Of a stretch of DNA of 54,766 nucleotides, positions 53,512 to 54,766 are shown in pieces. The notes below the pieces were generated by a model that saw only the letters and a program-made list of their open reading frames with translations, was not told the DNA's origin and ran no database searches. The DNA is from an uncultured Clostridia bacterium. Its GTDB lineage: Bacteria; Bacillota; Clostridia; Christensenellales; UBA1242. The stretch spans positions 1 to 54,766 of the forward strand of contig CANQRE010000001.1 in NCBI GenBank assembly GCA_947626175.1. Reading direction: 5' to 3'. A program made the position numbers and the translations under genes. The first letter of the stretch is position 1. Each line of letters begins with the position of its first letter.

Positions 53512-54444
53512 ATGAAGAAAAATAACAAAGAATTAGAGCTTACACCTATCAGAAATTTCAATGATCCTTTTGGGAAATGGTGTAAGGTCTATAACGATGG
53601 AAATCATTTTGTGGCCACTCGAACAACACATAATGACAGAAAAACAATAGTTCGAGATAAAGATGTTACTGATGAAGATTTGCTCTTTAATGAGCTTTAT
53701 TTAACAGCGTGTAAAAATCATATTGTGCGTAAGCCACTTTATGAATTTATGAAAGATAATATTTCAGAAAAATATCCCGAAATGGAGAATCTTGATGAAT
53801 ATGTTGATACGCATATAAAAATGAAATTGCACAATTTTTATAGTAGAGTTAAAAGATTTAGAAGAAAAGCTTATTTGAATAATTGGAATAAATTTGTAAC
53901 TATAACCTATGACGATAAATTGCACACGCCAGAAAGTTTTAGAAAAAAGTTAAGAAAGTGTTTGTCGAATTTGCATTGTCGCCATGGCTGGACTTATATG
54001 GGCGTTTTTGAACATGCTCCCGGCACTGACAGACTTCATTTTCACGCAATTATGCACATACCTGATGGGCAAATGATTGGTGAAATGGAAGAAAAAAACG
54101 ACTATTCGACAGCCCAAAAGAAGATGCAAAAGACAATGAGTAACACTTTCTTTGCTAAAACTTTCGGTCGGAATGATTTTAAGGATATGACAGAAGAAGA
54201 TCTAAAATACGGTCATGCTATTGAGTATTTGTTAAAATATTTAAGTAAAACAAACGAAAAGATAGTTTATTCTCGTGGAATCCCTACAGAGATGAATATG
54301 TATGTGGAAAATAGAGATATTGTAACGGAATATGAAGATTATGTTATGAAATATGTTTTGTTTGATGATTGTGTAAGAAACGGAAAATATTTGCCTTATG
54401 GGCAGCGAAGATATGAACAGACAACATTATTTGCTACTACCTAA
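53512..54444 (+). CDS. Rolling-circle replication initiator (HUH endonuclease, two-tyrosine YxxKY type)
   Basis: 310 aa. Motif I FVTITYD; motif II RLHFHAIMH (HUH, from 54037); motif III EYLLKYLSK (Tyr codons at 54226 and 54238). The spacing is typical of superfamily-I Reps. TAGGAG RBS. Confidence 0.85.
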   Translation: MKKNNKELELTPIRNFNDPFGKWCKVYNDGNHFVATRTTHNDRKTIVRDKDVTDEDLLFNELYLTACKNHIVRKPLYEFMKDNISEKYPEMENLDEYVDTHIKMKLHNFYSRVKRFRRKAYLNNWNKFVTITYDDKLHTPESFRKKLRKCLSNLHCRHGWTYMGVFEHAPGTDRLHFHAIMHIPDGQMIGEMEEKNDYSTAQKKMQKTMSNTFFAKTFGRNDFKDMTEEDLKYGHAIEYLLKYLSKTNEKIVYSRGIPTEMNMYVENRDIVTEYEDYVMKYVLFDDCVRNGKYLPYGQRRYEQTTLFATT

Positions 54445-54520
54445 TGAAATTATTTAGGTGTTTTTGTTGATTTTCAAAATTAAAATTTTACGCAAACGCT
54501 TATGAAAGAAATGTAAAAAA

Positions 54521-54573
54521 CAAACAAGGGCGGTTTTCAAAAGCGGTTTAGCGTGAAAACGCCCTTTGTTTTG
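54521..54573. other. Long imperfect hairpin 1 downstream of rep
   Basis: CAAACAAGGGCGGTTTTCA pairs with TGAAAACGCCCTTTGTTTTG (about 18 bp with small bulges); 14-nt loop. Confidence 0.7.
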
Positions 54574-54599
54574 CTTTCTTTCGGCTGGGTTGAGTTAAA

Positions 54600-54658
54600 A
54601 GACGACACCTTGTCAGCGTGCGTCAGCACGCTCTCGTTAATAAGACAAGGTGTCGTCT
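54600..54658. other. Long perfect hairpin 2 downstream of rep (nested stem-loop)
   Basis: 15-bp perfect arms AGACGACACCTTGTC / GACAAGGTGTCGTCT enclose an inner 7-bp hairpin AGCGTGC-gtca-GCACGCT (54615-54632). Confidence 0.8.
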
Positions 54659-54766
54659 AATGCTCCCAAATCAAATTTTTTACTTATCAACAAAAGAAAA
54701 GTTTGCAAAATTTTTATACAAATTTAGTGCAAATATGTTATTATATTGATAGAGGTATAAATGGAA

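Larger units (their letters stand above)
42483..54700. mobile_element. Putative integrated element: large serine recombinase plus a rolling-circle-Rep module. Boundaries are approximate, and the AT-rich island may extend left to about 38.6 kb.
   Basis: Recombinase at 43271-44812. Ten co-directional genes from 46571 to 54444 end in an HUH Rep, followed by two long hairpins. AT content is visibly higher than in the host genes to the left. No att sites could be defined; large serine recombinases leave no long direct repeats. Confidence 0.55.

Noticed and set aside
1-54766. Mollicutes-type genetic code (TGA = Trp)
   Set aside because: Conserved genes end at TGA (for example rnpA, nrdD, the LbH acetyltransferase gene and the DUF2075 gene). 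Long conserved genes such as dnaA, mnmG and aspS contain no in-frame TGA, so the standard code 11 fits.

Overview
This is a 54.8-kb segment of a low-GC bacterial chromosome that uses the standard genetic code (TGA is a stop). It looks Bacillota/Mollicutes-related, but the taxon cannot be fixed from sequence alone.

Positions 1-38.5 kb are the replication-origin neighbourhood. On the minus strand lie ku, glmM, a stand-alone GlmU-C-like acetyltransferase, aspS behind an Asp (GAC) T-box, and recF; folE and a few small ORFs in this stretch are on the plus strand. The coding strand then switches and dnaA-dnaN-rpmH-rnpA-yidD-yidC-jag-mnmE-mnmG-rsmG-parA-parB follow on the plus strand. Next comes a 1.6-kb ORF-free stretch with two perfect parS palindromes and a C-depleted repeat tract. 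After it come rubrerythrin, small membrane and secreted proteins, an NrdR-controlled nrdD::redoxin fusion coupled to trxB, a lipoprotein, a 1523-aa M60-like/BspA-LRR surface protein, and an ADP-ribosylglycohydrolase/NUDIX/histidine-phosphatase cluster.

From about 38.6 kb to the window end the DNA is visibly AT-richer and looks accessory. It has three parts:
(i) A translationally coupled three-gene operon: a GIY-YIG + DUF2075/Schlafen-type ATPase, a radical-SAM (SplB-like)::DprA/SLOG-like fusion, and a MazG/DCTPP1-like NTP pyrophosphatase. This is my best candidate for an undescribed defence or DNA/nucleotide-modification system.
(ii) A large serine recombinase with a co-transcribed unknown ORF.
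(iii) A one-directional module of about 9.7 kb ending in an HUH/YxxKY rolling-circle Rep followed by two long hairpins. It is rich in membrane-anchored proteins and is preceded by arrays of a TTTGGGTAAAG-type motif. I read it as an integrated ssDNA-virus-like or RCR mobilisable element with no capsid gene I can recognise.

No rRNA gene, intact tRNA gene or CRISPR array was seen.
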